From assembly GCA_013822245.1 (NCBI GenBank), contig PNKE01000055.1:597-64596 (forward strand): a stretch of 64,000 bases of DNA. Reading direction: 5' to 3'. The notes beneath the pieces are model-generated. The model was not told the origin of the DNA, did not search any database, and was given only the letters and a program-made list of their open reading frames with translations. Each line of letters opens with the position of its first letter. Position 1 is the stretch's first letter. Positions 9,310-17,419 of the stretch are shown piece after piece. A program made the position numbers and the translations under genes. This DNA is from Candidatus Solibacter sp. Lineage in GTDB: Bacteria > Acidobacteriota > Terriglobia > Bryobacterales > Bryobacteraceae.

Positions 9310-10110
9310 ATGACTCCCGGCAACCCCTTCCCGCTCGACGGCAAAACCGCCCTGGTCGCCGGCGCCAGCCGCGGCATCGGGCTCGCCATCGCCGGCGCCC
9401 TCGCCCGCGCCGGAGCCCGCACCCTGCTCGCCGCCCGCTCGCTCGACGCGTTGCAGTCCGCCGCCGCCAATCTCCGCGCCCAGGGTTTCGCCGCCGAAGC
9501 CCACCCGCTCGACATCGCCTGCGCCCAGTCCCGCGCAGCTCTCGCCGCCACGGTTGCCTGCCCCGACATCCTGGTCAACGTCGCCGGCATCAACACCCGT
9601 AAACGCATGGAGGACTTCACCCCCGCCGAGTACCGCCGCGTCATGTCCACCAATCTCGACGGCGTCTTTGAACTCACCCAGCTCATCGCCCGCCGCATGA
9701 TCGCCCGCGTCCAGTCCGGCGAAGCCAGCGGCGGCAAGGTGATCCACATCGGCAGCCTCACGTCGTTCATCGGACTGCCTTACTCGTCGGTCTACACCAT
9801 GACCAAATCGGCCCTGGCCGGCCTCACCCGCTCAACCGCCTTCGAGTGGGCCAGGTACAACATCCAGGTGAACTGCATCGCCCCCGGCTTCATCCTCACT
9901 GACCTCAACCGCCAGATGTGGCAGGCGGAAGTGATGCTCGACTGGCTCAAAGGCGTCCAGGCCAACCCGCAAATGGGCACGCCCGAAGACGTCGCTCCGC
10001 TGGCCGTTTTCCTCGCCTCTGAAGGCGCCCGCTACATCACCGGCCAGGTCATCGCCGTCGACGGCGGCTTCATGGCGGGCGAGATGTGGCCCTTCGAACC
10101 GCCCGCCTGA
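9310..10110 (+). CDS. SDR family oxidoreductase
   Basis: TALVAGASRGIG cofactor motif, catalytic S...YxxxK (YTMTKSA), PGFILTD. Confidence 0.85.
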   Translation: MTPGNPFPLDGKTALVAGASRGIGLAIAGALARAGARTLLAARSLDALQSAAANLRAQGFAAEAHPLDIACAQSRAALAATVACPDILVNVAGINTRKRMEDFTPAEYRRVMSTNLDGVFELTQLIARRMIARVQSGEASGGKVIHIGSLTSFIGLPYSSVYTMTKSALAGLTRSTAFEWARYNIQVNCIAPGFILTDLNRQMWQAEVMLDWLKGVQANPQMGTPEDVAPLAVFLASEGARYITGQVIAVDGGFMAGEMWPFEPPA

Positions 10111-10146
10111 CCGCCTCTCGCCGAGAGGCCGTTCCGCACCCGGCGC

Positions 10147-10233
10147 CTACCGCCGGCCGCGCAGCGTCATCAACGCCAGCAACGCGATCAACGCCGCCGC
10201 CACCGCCGCCATCGTGATTGTCCAGGTGTCCAT
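10147..10233 (-). CDS. Candidate 28-aa hydrophobic small peptide (copy 1)
   Basis: My own translation of the minus strand gives MDTWTITMAAVAAALIALLALMTLRGRR*. GGAGGA lies 5 nt upstream of the ATG. It is a paralogue of the neighbouring 87-nt ORF. Confidence 0.4.
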   Translation of the reverse strand: MDTWTITMAAVAAALIALLALMTLRGRR

Positions 10234-10294
10234 TGGAATCCTCCGCGCCCCATCCAGGGCTCCATGCCGTCGCGGCCCATACGCTCTCGCCGCC

Positions 10295-10381
10295 CTATTG
10301 CCGCGCAAGCGTCAGGAACAAAGCGATCCCGGCGGCCACTATCGCCGCCACCAGCACCATCGCGCACCTTGTTCCATCCAC
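10295..10381 (-). CDS. Candidate 28-aa hydrophobic small peptide (copy 2, GTG start)
   Basis: The minus strand gives (M)DGTRCAMVLVAAIVAAGIALFLTLARQ*. GGAGGGAGG lies 5 nt upstream of the GTG. Same length and layout as copy 1. Confidence 0.4.
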   Translation of the reverse strand: MDGTRCAMVLVAAIVAAGIALFLTLARQ

Positions 10382-10489
10382 GCGAACCTCCCTCCGAAAC
10401 AGCTTGCTTCAACATCCGGCCGCCGGCGCGATCCAGTCCTGACCCGCCCAGCCCAACTCAGATACAATCTCCTGCGAGGTCCATTCCAG

Positions 10490-10764
10490 ATGCGCCTTCC
10501 GCCGCTCGCCTTGCTGTTGTCCGCAAACGCCTTCACCCAGCAATACGTTCGCGTCAGTCCCGGAGATCCCGGATATTTGGAACTCTCGTCCGGCAAGCCA
10601 TACAGCCCCATCGGACTGAACCTCATCGCCCCGCCGTCTCGGCCGATGCGTCCATGACGACCTACGAGCGCTGGCTCGACGCGCTCTCAGCCAGCCGCGG
10701 CAGCTACGTCCGCTTCTGGATGTCGAACCCTTTCCGGGATGGCGAACATGCTTGGCGTCCATGA
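10490..10764 (+). pseudogene. N-terminal remnant of an exported glycoside-hydrolase-like gene (frameshifted, truncated)
   Basis: Signal peptide MRLPPLALLLSANAFTQQ then YSPIGLNLI. The reading continues in another frame as TYERWLDALSASRGSYVRFWMSNPF and stops after ~90 codons. Confidence 0.4.
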
Positions 10765-11047
10765 CGAACAGCAGGCCCGCCGGCCCGTGCTGATCGTCTC
10801 GCCGGAGCCGTTCAACCGGATGGCGAAGGTCCCGGTTGTAGTGCCTATCCCCGGCGGCTGAAGCTTCGCCGGGACAGCCGGGTTCGCCGTGCCGTTGACC
10901 GGTGCCGGAACCGCAACCACGGGCGTGGTCCGCTGCGATCAACCGCGCGCACTCGGCCTCGCCGGGCGCGGCGGCAGGAGACCCGGCACCGTCCCCGCCG
11001 CCATCATGGATGAAGTGCTGGCGCGGCTGGCGGCGGTCTTCAAGTGA
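10748..11047 (+). pseudogene. MazF/PemK-family toxin pseudogene (N-terminally truncated, in-frame TGA at 10859-10861)
   Basis: The translation RPVLIVSPEPFNRMAKVPVVVPIPGG*SFAGTAGFAVPLTGAGTATTGVVRCDQPRALGL...DEVLARLAAVFK follows the MazF/PemK pattern. Confidence 0.65.
10931..11047 (+). repeat. Direct repeat copy 1 (mazF-like 3' end)
   Basis: Gapless alignment to 11918-12034. I count ~11 mismatches over 117 nt by hand. Confidence 0.85.
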
Positions 11048-11090
11048 GGACCAAGCGGGCGGGGCGGCGGGCCGAGCATCCCTTCAGAGC

Positions 11091-11133
11091 GCTGTACTCC
11101 TCGCTTGACAGGGCTGTACGCCTCGCGTAATAT
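11091..11133 (+). promoter_or_regulatory. Putative higBA promoter with a tandem 14-nt repeat (candidate operator)
   Basis: TTGACA (11105-11110), 17-nt spacer, TAATAT (11128-11133). GCTGTACTCCTCGC (11091-11104) and GCTGTACGCCTCGC (11113-11126) are 22 nt apart. The ATG at 11143 leaves almost no leader. Confidence 0.5.
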
Positions 11134-11142
11134 CACAAGTGG

Positions 11143-11418
11143 ATGATCCGTTCTTTCGGCGATAAGGAGACCCGGCGGCTCCATGATCGCGAGTTCAGCC
11201 GCCGGTTTCAGAGCGTGGAAAAGACGGCTCGAATCCGGCTGGCTTTGCTGGACGCGGCAACGGCGCTGAGCGACCTGAGTCTGCCTGGACTGCGCCTGGA
11301 GGCGCTCGCGGGCGACCGTTCAGGCCAGTACAGCATTCGGATCAATGACCGGTTCCGGATCTGTTTCCGCTGGTGCGGCGGAGATGCCCTCGATGTCGAA
11401 ATCGTGGACTACCACTAG
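11143..11418 (+). CDS. higB: HigB-like toxin (RelE/ParE superfamily, plasmid maintenance system killer family)
   Basis: 91 aa. MIRSFGDKETRRL ... GDRSGQYSIRINDRFRICFRW ... VEIVDYH is the classic HigB pattern, and the toxin lies upstream of the antitoxin. Confidence 0.85.
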   Translation: MIRSFGDKETRRLHDREFSRRFQSVEKTARIRLALLDAATALSDLSLPGLRLEALAGDRSGQYSIRINDRFRICFRWCGGDALDVEIVDYH

Positions 11419-11454
11419 TCCGGAGGCGCTTGGGCTGCGATTGATGAGTGGGAG

Positions 11455-11769
11455 ATGCTGATGGCCAAGAAGAAGACAATAAAACTGGCGCCGGTTCACC
11501 CCGGCGATGTTCTGGCGGACCTGCTCGACGAGTGCGGACTGACGGCGAATGCGCTGGCCATGGCCTTGCGCGTTCCGGCCAACCGCATCGGCGGCATCAT
11601 CAAAGGCCAGAGGGGCATCACCGGAGACACGGCCTTGCGCCTCGGACGCTACTTCGGAACATCGGCTGCGATGTGGATGAACCTGCAGGCCAAGCACGAT
11701 CTGGCGGTGGCCGAGGACGAACTCCGCGCACGCATCGACCGTGAAGTCCTGCCCCGAGCCGCCGCCTGA
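11455..11769 (+). CDS. higA: HigA-family antitoxin (XRE-type HTH)
   Basis: PVHPGDVLADLLDECGLTANALAMALRVPANRIGGIIKGQRGITGDTALRLGRYFGTSAAMWMNLQ is the canonical HigA HTH. Confidence 0.85.
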   Translation: MLMAKKKTIKLAPVHPGDVLADLLDECGLTANALAMALRVPANRIGGIIKGQRGITGDTALRLGRYFGTSAAMWMNLQAKHDLAVAEDELRARIDREVLPRAAA

Positions 11770-11917
11770 GACGCCACGGCCACTCCAGCGCGCCGCGAAC
11801 TCCGAACCGGGCCGACCGGCAATCAACCGTGATTCGGTCCTGGACCATAGAGGTTCCCGGCTTTCGTCCGCAAACCGTGCGTGCTCCGAACCCGGCTCAC
11901 ACGGCAGACGGCCTCCC

Positions 11918-12034
11918 CGCTGCGATCAACCGCGCGCACTTGACCTGGCCGGGCGCGGCGGCAAGAGACTCAGAACCGCCCCCGCCGCCATCTTGGATGA
12001 AGTGCAGGCGCGGCTGGCGGCGGTCTTCGAGTGA
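11918..12034 (+). pseudogene. Second copy of the mazF-like 3' end (C-terminal ~38 codons only); direct repeat copy 2
   Basis: Translates CDQPRALDLAGRGGKRLRTAPAAILDEVQARLAAVFE*. The upstream sequence has no MazF similarity. Confidence 0.7.
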
Positions 12035-12192
12035 GCAAAAAGCAACTCCAGATCCGCACCCGCGACCGCACTGCGCCGCTCGGTGGACCGACACACGGCA
12101 TGAGCCGGCAAAGTGACAAACCCATTGACTCACTCCTGGCATTGTGTTAGCTCTATTCGCGCTGAGGCAAATTAGTATAAAGGAGTGACGAT

Positions 12193-12639
12193 ATGGCGAC
12201 CGATTCGGGGATCTCCCCAATGGGAGTGCCGCAGTGCGAGTGGTGTGCTTCAACTAACTTGGTCCGCGAGGTGCGACAACGAGAGACGGCGCTCTGCGCA
12301 TCCTGTCGTAACATTGTGAGGCAGCAACAACACTCTGCCAAAGCCGGTGATCGATACAAATGTGCTGTCTATCGCGAATGTGAGCGTCTGGCAAAATCCG
12401 TCGGAAGCAAATATCGCCTAAGGATGGACGAGCCGAGCGGCCTTGAACTGGAGTACACTCTTTGCGAGATAGCGAGACTGGCCTGTGGAGATGAGTGTTA
12501 TCGGAACTCGGCTTCGTGTTTCAACCAAGAGTTCACGGGGCAACAGCGAAAAGCCATAATCGACCTACTCTTCCAGATTATCTGGAGAGCAGAGACACGC
12601 CGACGATTCCGCAAGGCAGCTTACTCTCCAAACCTCTGA
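12193..12639 (+). CDS. Hypothetical protein with N-terminal CxxC...CxxC zinc-ribbon (AT-richer island)
   Basis: 148 aa. AAGGAG lies ~7 nt upstream of the ATG. CEWC-x17-CASC. I recognise no family. Composition is clearly AT-richer than the flanks. Confidence 0.55.
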   Translation: MATDSGISPMGVPQCEWCASTNLVREVRQRETALCASCRNIVRQQQHSAKAGDRYKCAVYRECERLAKSVGSKYRLRMDEPSGLELEYTLCEIARLACGDECYRNSASCFNQEFTGQQRKAIIDLLFQIIWRAETRRRFRKAAYSPNL

Positions 12640-12702
12640 CAAATGCACTGGGTCGGAATCGTCAATCTTGTTCGTGCCCGCCATAGACGACAAACGATTC
12701 AG

Positions 12703-13194
12703 TCACTCGGACTGATTCCTTGATTGTTCCTTGCGTCTCTGGCTCCTCTTAGCCTCTAGGAACGAGAGCACTTCTTCGTTGGCAATTTCTGCCTCAATGC
12801 TGGATGAGATGAGACTGATCGGACTGATCTTAACGGCACTTATTCCCATAATAATCCAATTAATAATGGCAAACAAAATCCCCCACCAAAATTCAATAAA
12901 TCCACCCACCGCTGCAAGAGCAAGCCCTGCAATCTGGCTAGTAGCAGCTGCAGCGCTCAGGTCGCGAGAGGCAAGTGGCAACGCAAAATAATGACTATAC
13001 TTCTGGAGCATACAATTTGCAGCTGGCGAGAGTACAAGAATCTCATTGAAGCGGTATCTTTTTTTCGCATAGACGAATTGCAGGATGAGAAAACAATTAA
13101 GTGCACCACATATTATCCACCCTGTCCACGGATCGGAAACAAATGTCAGGATGGCAGCACCAAGCAGTACAATAATTGAAAGCATCTGAAACAT
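12703..13194 (-). CDS. Hypothetical 4-TM membrane protein (AT-richer island)
   Basis: 163 aa with four hydrophobic segments and a charged C-terminal tail KRSQRRKEQSRNQSE. It is the most AT-rich stretch in the window. I recognise no family. Confidence 0.6.
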   Translation of the reverse strand: MFQMLSIIVLLGAAILTFVSDPWTGWIICGALNCFLILQFVYAKKRYRFNEILVLSPAANCMLQKYSHYFALPLASRDLSAAAATSQIAGLALAAVGGFIEFWWGILFAIINWIIMGISAVKISPISLISSSIEAEIANEEVLSFLEAKRSQRRKEQSRNQSE

Positions 13195-13288
13195 GAGTCC
13201 GCCCCAATCGACCAGTGTTGTAGCCAGCTAAGGGCAAAAGGGCAAAATTCACCATTCCCTATGCCTCTGTAGCTGCCTGCAATGCAAT

Positions 13289-13316
13289 AGTATACACGCA
13301 AAAGGAATCTAGTCAA
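13289..13316 (-). promoter_or_regulatory. Putative sigma70-type promoter for the 4-TM gene
   Basis: Minus strand: TTGACT (13316-13311), 16-nt spacer, TATACT (13294-13289). Confidence 0.4.
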
Positions 13317-13742
13317 CATGATTTTCAGAGATATCCTGAGTCATAGACCGACAACACGCCTTGGCGCGACCGACTGTACTGAATTGCCTGTCGATCCACT
13401 TGAGCACATAGTTGGCCGTCCGGACCGCCAGAAGCCAGTTGGCGACGACATTCTTTCGCCAGCCCACCGTCACACAGCGAAGTCCCCGATCACCCCCAGC
13501 GCCACTTTACCCACCTGGTCGTCCACAGCGCAGAAGAGTTCGACGGACGGGATCTCCTTGGCGGCCGGTTTGCCCCAGGCGCGAGCGCAGGGGAGCGGCC
13601 GTCGGGGTAAAGCATGGAGGTTCCCGCCAACCCGTCACTCAAGTTAGCTGCGCTCGCATATCGTTTTGGGCTGGACGACATGCCTTGACGGCTACGGAGT
13701 TGGGTTGGCCAACGGCCGGGAGGGCCGGCGGGTCGAGTCCGG

Positions 13743-15065
13743 TTACACCGTCTTCGGATCCGGGTGGGCCCAGGGTTTGCGGTAGGGGCGGGCGAGGAGT
13801 TTGTTGGCGGCGGGGTCGCCTTTGACCAGGCCGGCGGCGGCGTCCCAGGTGAGCGACCGGCCGAGTTCCATCGACAGGTTCGACAGGATGCAGCTCGCCG
13901 CCGAGATGTGGCCTTCCTCGATGTCGGCCACGGGGCGGCCTCCGCTGGCGATGCAGTTCAGGAAATCCTGCATCTGGCGGCGGATGGCCGGGGCGCAGTG
14001 TTTCTCCAGGCGCGGCTCGGTTTTGTCCTCGGGGTACTGTTCGAGCTCGTATTCCACGTCCTTGTGGACGGGCGCGGCGCCCTTTTCGCGGGGGATGAAA
14101 TCGTAGCCCCAGACGCTGGCCTTGAGCGTTCCCTTTTCGCCGTAGAAGATGGCCGCCCAGGGGTATTTCTCGTCCGGCGACGCCCCGTAGTGGCGGTGCT
14201 GCCAGGTCATTTTCACGTCGCCGAAGTCGAGCGTCGAGATCTGGGTGTCGGCGATATTCTGTTTGGCGTTTTTATGGACCAGGACGCCGCCCGAGGCCGA
14301 AATGGACTTGGGCCAGCCGAGGTCCATCATCCAGCGGGCCATGTCGATCATGTGGACGCCCATGTCGCCGATGGTGCCGTTGCCGTATTCGTTGAAGGCG
14401 CGCCAGGAGCCGGGATGGGTCATGCGGTTGAAGGGGCGCATGGGGGCGGGGCCGGTCCACATTTCGTAGTCGAGGTAGTCGGGCGGGGCGGTGTCGGGCG
14501 GGTTGGGGGGATTGTTGCGTGGGTAGAAGCAGCAGGTTTCGACGACGCCGACCTTGCCGAGTTTGCCGTCGCGGATGAGGTTGCGGGCTTCGATCAAGTG
14601 GGGCGTGGAGCGGCGCTGCATGCCCACCTGGACCACCTTCTTATACTTGCGGGCGGCGGCGAGCATGGCCTGGCCCTCGACGACATCCACCGAGATGGGC
14701 TTCTGGACCCAGACGTGGGCGCCCGCCTTGATGGCCTCGATGGTGGGCAGCGCGTGCCAGTGGTCGGGGGTGCCGACGATGGCGATGTCGATGTCGCGTT
14801 CGGCGAGCAGTTTGCGATAGTCGCCGTAGGTGCGCGGGCGTTTCTTTGATTTCTGGCGCTCGGCGATGCGGTCGGCGGCGTCGGCGAGCATGTTCCTGTC
14901 GACGTCGCAGACCGAGACGACCTCGACGGGGGAGACCTGGATGAGACGGAACAGGTCGCATTTGCCGTACCAGCCGGCGCCGATGAGGGCGACGCGTTTG
15001 GGTGTGTCGTCAAGGTAGGCAAGCGAGGCGGCGGATGAGGCGAGGAACTCCCGGCGGTTGATCAT
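13743..15065 (-). CDS. Gfo/Idh/MocA family oxidoreductase with twin-arginine signal
   Basis: MINRREFLASSAASLA Tat-type N-terminus. Rossmann VALIGAGWYGK. EKP-like motif VWVQKPIS. Confidence 0.85.
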   Translation of the reverse strand: MINRREFLASSAASLAYLDDTPKRVALIGAGWYGKCDLFRLIQVSPVEVVSVCDVDRNMLADAADRIAERQKSKKRPRTYGDYRKLLAERDIDIAIVGTPDHWHALPTIEAIKAGAHVWVQKPISVDVVEGQAMLAAARKYKKVVQVGMQRRSTPHLIEARNLIRDGKLGKVGVVETCCFYPRNNPPNPPDTAPPDYLDYEMWTGPAPMRPFNRMTHPGSWRAFNEYGNGTIGDMGVHMIDMARWMMDLGWPKSISASGGVLVHKNAKQNIADTQISTLDFGDVKMTWQHRHYGASPDEKYPWAAIFYGEKGTLKASVWGYDFIPREKGAAPVHKDVEYELEQYPEDKTEPRLEKHCAPAIRRQMQDFLNCIASGGRPVADIEEGHISAASCILSNLSMELGRSLTWDAAAGLVKGDPAANKLLARPYRKPWAHPDPKTV

Positions 15066-15192
15066 GGCGTCTCCTGTATGAGGGTTGTGGCGTCGCCTCG
15101 ATTATACAGGCATGGAGAGGGTGATTTGGAGGCTCTTCGGTGTATACTGATGCCGGTTCATATCTTTTTGTCCGAATTAGGAGGCAGCCAAG

Positions 15193-16494
15193 ATGTTCGG
15201 AGAAAGCAATCCTCAGGTATTGGTGGCGGGCGCGGGGCCGGTGGGGCTGTTTGCGGCGCTGAATCTGGCGCGGCGGGGGGTGAGGACGGCCGTCGTGGAT
15301 ACGGGGGTTTGGCCGTGCAAGCACAGCTATGCGCTGGCGCTGCATCCGGAGTCGGTCAGTTTGCTGGAGCAGGCGGGGATTGCGAAGCAGGTGCTGGATG
15401 GAGCGAGGCTGGTGAGGAGCGTGGCGGTGTGCGACCCATCGGGCACGGTGGCCGAGGCGCGGCTGGACGATCTGCCGGGTTCGATTACGCCACTGGCGGT
15501 GACGCGGCAGGACCATTTGGAGTCGGCGTTGGAGGCGGCGTTGAAGGCGCAAGGGGTGGAGGTGAAGTGGCGGCACGAGGTGTCGGCGCTGACGCAGGGC
15601 GACGAGGCGGTGAAGGTGGTGTTGGGGCGGCTGGAGAAGGAGTCGAGGGGGTATATCGTCGCGCATACGGAATGGGTGATCGGCAAGACGATGGAGGTGG
15701 AAGCGCCGTTCGTGGTGGGGGCGGACGGCTACAATTCGCGGGTGCGGCGGGCGATGCAGATCGACTTTCCGGAGGTGGGAGGGGCGGAGTATTACGCCGT
15801 GTTCGAGTGCCAGTGCGCCGGCGATGGGGGGGACCAGTTGCAGGTGGTGGCCGGCGAAGAGACGGCGGACGTGATGTGGCCGCTGCCGGGCAACGCGGTG
15901 CGGTGGAGTTTTCAGTTGACCGACTATGCCGATGAAGAGGCGGAGATCCTGAAGGACAAACTGCTGGCGGCCGGGTTCGGGCACTTCCCGACGGAGCGGG
16001 CGAAGGACCGGGTGGCGGGCGGAGGGGATCAGGGGGTGGAAATGTTGTCGGACGAGCATTTCCGGAAGCTGCTGGCCGAGCGCGCGCCATGGTTCAAGGG
16101 CGAGATCGAGGGGATCAGGTGGCGGACCGTGGTGCGCTTCGAGAGGCGGCTGGCGCAGACGTTTGGCAAGGGGAGGATGTGGCTTGCAGGCGATAGCGCG
16201 CATTTGACGGGTCCGGCGGGGATCCAGAGCATGAATGCGGGGCTGGCCGAGGCGGCGGATCTGAGCGCTGAACTGGCCGCGGTGCTGCACGGTGCGCCGG
16301 CGGCTGGACTGGAAGCCTATTCGCAGCGGTGGCAGACGGTCTGGCGGAAGCTGCATCAGCTTGACCGGGCGGCGCAGGCGAAGGAGGGCGCACCGGAGGT
16401 GATCAGGAAGAACGCCGGGCGGCTGGTCGCGTGCCTGCCGGCGAACGTGAAGCATGCCGGGGTGCTGGCGGCGAGGTTGGGGATTACGATCTGA
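15193..16494 (+). CDS. FAD-dependent monooxygenase (UbiH/PHBH-like)
   Basis: VLVAGAGPVGLFAALNLARRG dinucleotide fold, GADGYNSRVRR, LAGDSAHL. AGGAGG lies 7 nt before the ATG. Confidence 0.85.
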   Translation: MFGESNPQVLVAGAGPVGLFAALNLARRGVRTAVVDTGVWPCKHSYALALHPESVSLLEQAGIAKQVLDGARLVRSVAVCDPSGTVAEARLDDLPGSITPLAVTRQDHLESALEAALKAQGVEVKWRHEVSALTQGDEAVKVVLGRLEKESRGYIVAHTEWVIGKTMEVEAPFVVGADGYNSRVRRAMQIDFPEVGGAEYYAVFECQCAGDGGDQLQVVAGEETADVMWPLPGNAVRWSFQLTDYADEEAEILKDKLLAAGFGHFPTERAKDRVAGGGDQGVEMLSDEHFRKLLAERAPWFKGEIEGIRWRTVVRFERRLAQTFGKGRMWLAGDSAHLTGPAGIQSMNAGLAEAADLSAELAAVLHGAPAAGLEAYSQRWQTVWRKLHQLDRAAQAKEGAPEVIRKNAGRLVACLPANVKHAGVLAARLGITI

Positions 16495-16585
16495 GATCGC
16501 GGAGTCGCTGGGTCAGCAGGAGACCGGAAGCCTGGCTGTGTGCAACCCGGGCGTCTGATTCCTGGGGCGTGCGCGCGGTCGCGGT

Positions 16586-17272
16586 TCAGGCGGCGGAAGA
16601 GAAGCCGGCGTCGGGTTTGCGGACGGCGACGAGTGCGGGGACGATACGGAGTTCGGCGATTTCGGGCAGGCGTTTGGGGCCGATGCCAAGCCCTGGGAAG
16701 GTGATGTCGCCGGCGCCGCATTCGTCGATGAGTTCCTTGACGAATCCGACCATGCCGTGAAGGTGGTTAGCGCCCGTGTAGTATTGGCCGTCGGGCCAGG
16801 ATTTCCAGTATCCGGTGCCCCAATCCTCGATGAAATACCAGCCGCCGGGTTTGAGGTGGTTGCGGAAGAGGCGCCAGAAGGACTTGCGGGTGAAGCCGGC
16901 TTCATGGGAGGCGTCGTCGATGATGACGTCGAAACCGCCGGGGGCGACTTCGGCGCGGATGCGGTCGAGGAGGCGGGTATCCTGTTGTTCGCCCCGGTAA
17001 AGGCGGAGGCGGCCTGAGGGGTCGTCGAGCGAGACGGGGAGGAAGTCGAGGCCGGCGATCTGGCCGTGCTCGAAGTAGTCGCGCCACATGAACATGGATC
17101 CGCCGCGGTGGATGCCGAGTTCGAGCAGGCGGATGTTCTGGCCGGCGAGCGGGGCGAGGAGTTCCTCATAGACGCGGACCATGTACTTGGACTTGTCGGT
17201 ATCGTAGTTCTTTGAATTGAGGGATCGCATTTCGCCCGTCCGGGTCCGGCCGCGTTCATCGTGGGGCAGCAA
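16586..17272 (-). CDS. Class I SAM-dependent methyltransferase (CmcI/TylF-like)
   Basis: LLELGIHRGGS SAM-binding loop, IAGLDF, VIIDDASHE. The true start may be the internal MRSLNS. Confidence 0.7.
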   Translation of the reverse strand: MLPHDERGRTRTGEMRSLNSKNYDTDKSKYMVRVYEELLAPLAGQNIRLLELGIHRGGSMFMWRDYFEHGQIAGLDFLPVSLDDPSGRLRLYRGEQQDTRLLDRIRAEVAPGGFDVIIDDASHEAGFTRKSFWRLFRNHLKPGGWYFIEDWGTGYWKSWPDGQYYTGANHLHGMVGFVKELIDECGAGDITFPGLGIGPKRLPEIAELRIVPALVAVRKPDAGFSSAA

Positions 17273-17419
17273 GCGCCAGAGCGCCGATTGAGACCAGACA
17301 GGACCAAGTGTATCTCAGGAGCGGATACGGGCCGAATGGGGATCGAGCGCTTGGCCGCCGCATGTGGATCTGAGTCCGCGGGTGTCCGGAACCGCATGGA
17401 GCGCGCCGGGGCGGCGGCC

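Noticed and set aside
13318-13742. Possible integrase or transposase remnant at the right edge of the island (minus-strand fragments such as GWRKNVVANWLLAVRTANYVLKWIDRQ and PSVELFCAVDDQVGKVALGVIGDF)
   Set aside because: The fragments are short, broken by stops and frameshifts, and I cannot match them to any recombinase or transposase motif (no DDE, no R..H..R..Y pattern). I left the region unannotated. BLASTX would settle it.
15079-15116. CCTGTAT...ATACAGG inverted repeat in the divergent promoter region, considered as an SOS (CTGT-N8-ACAG) box
   Set aside because: The half-sites are ~24 nt apart, far from any LexA-box spacing I know, and only 7 nt pair. This is too weak to call.
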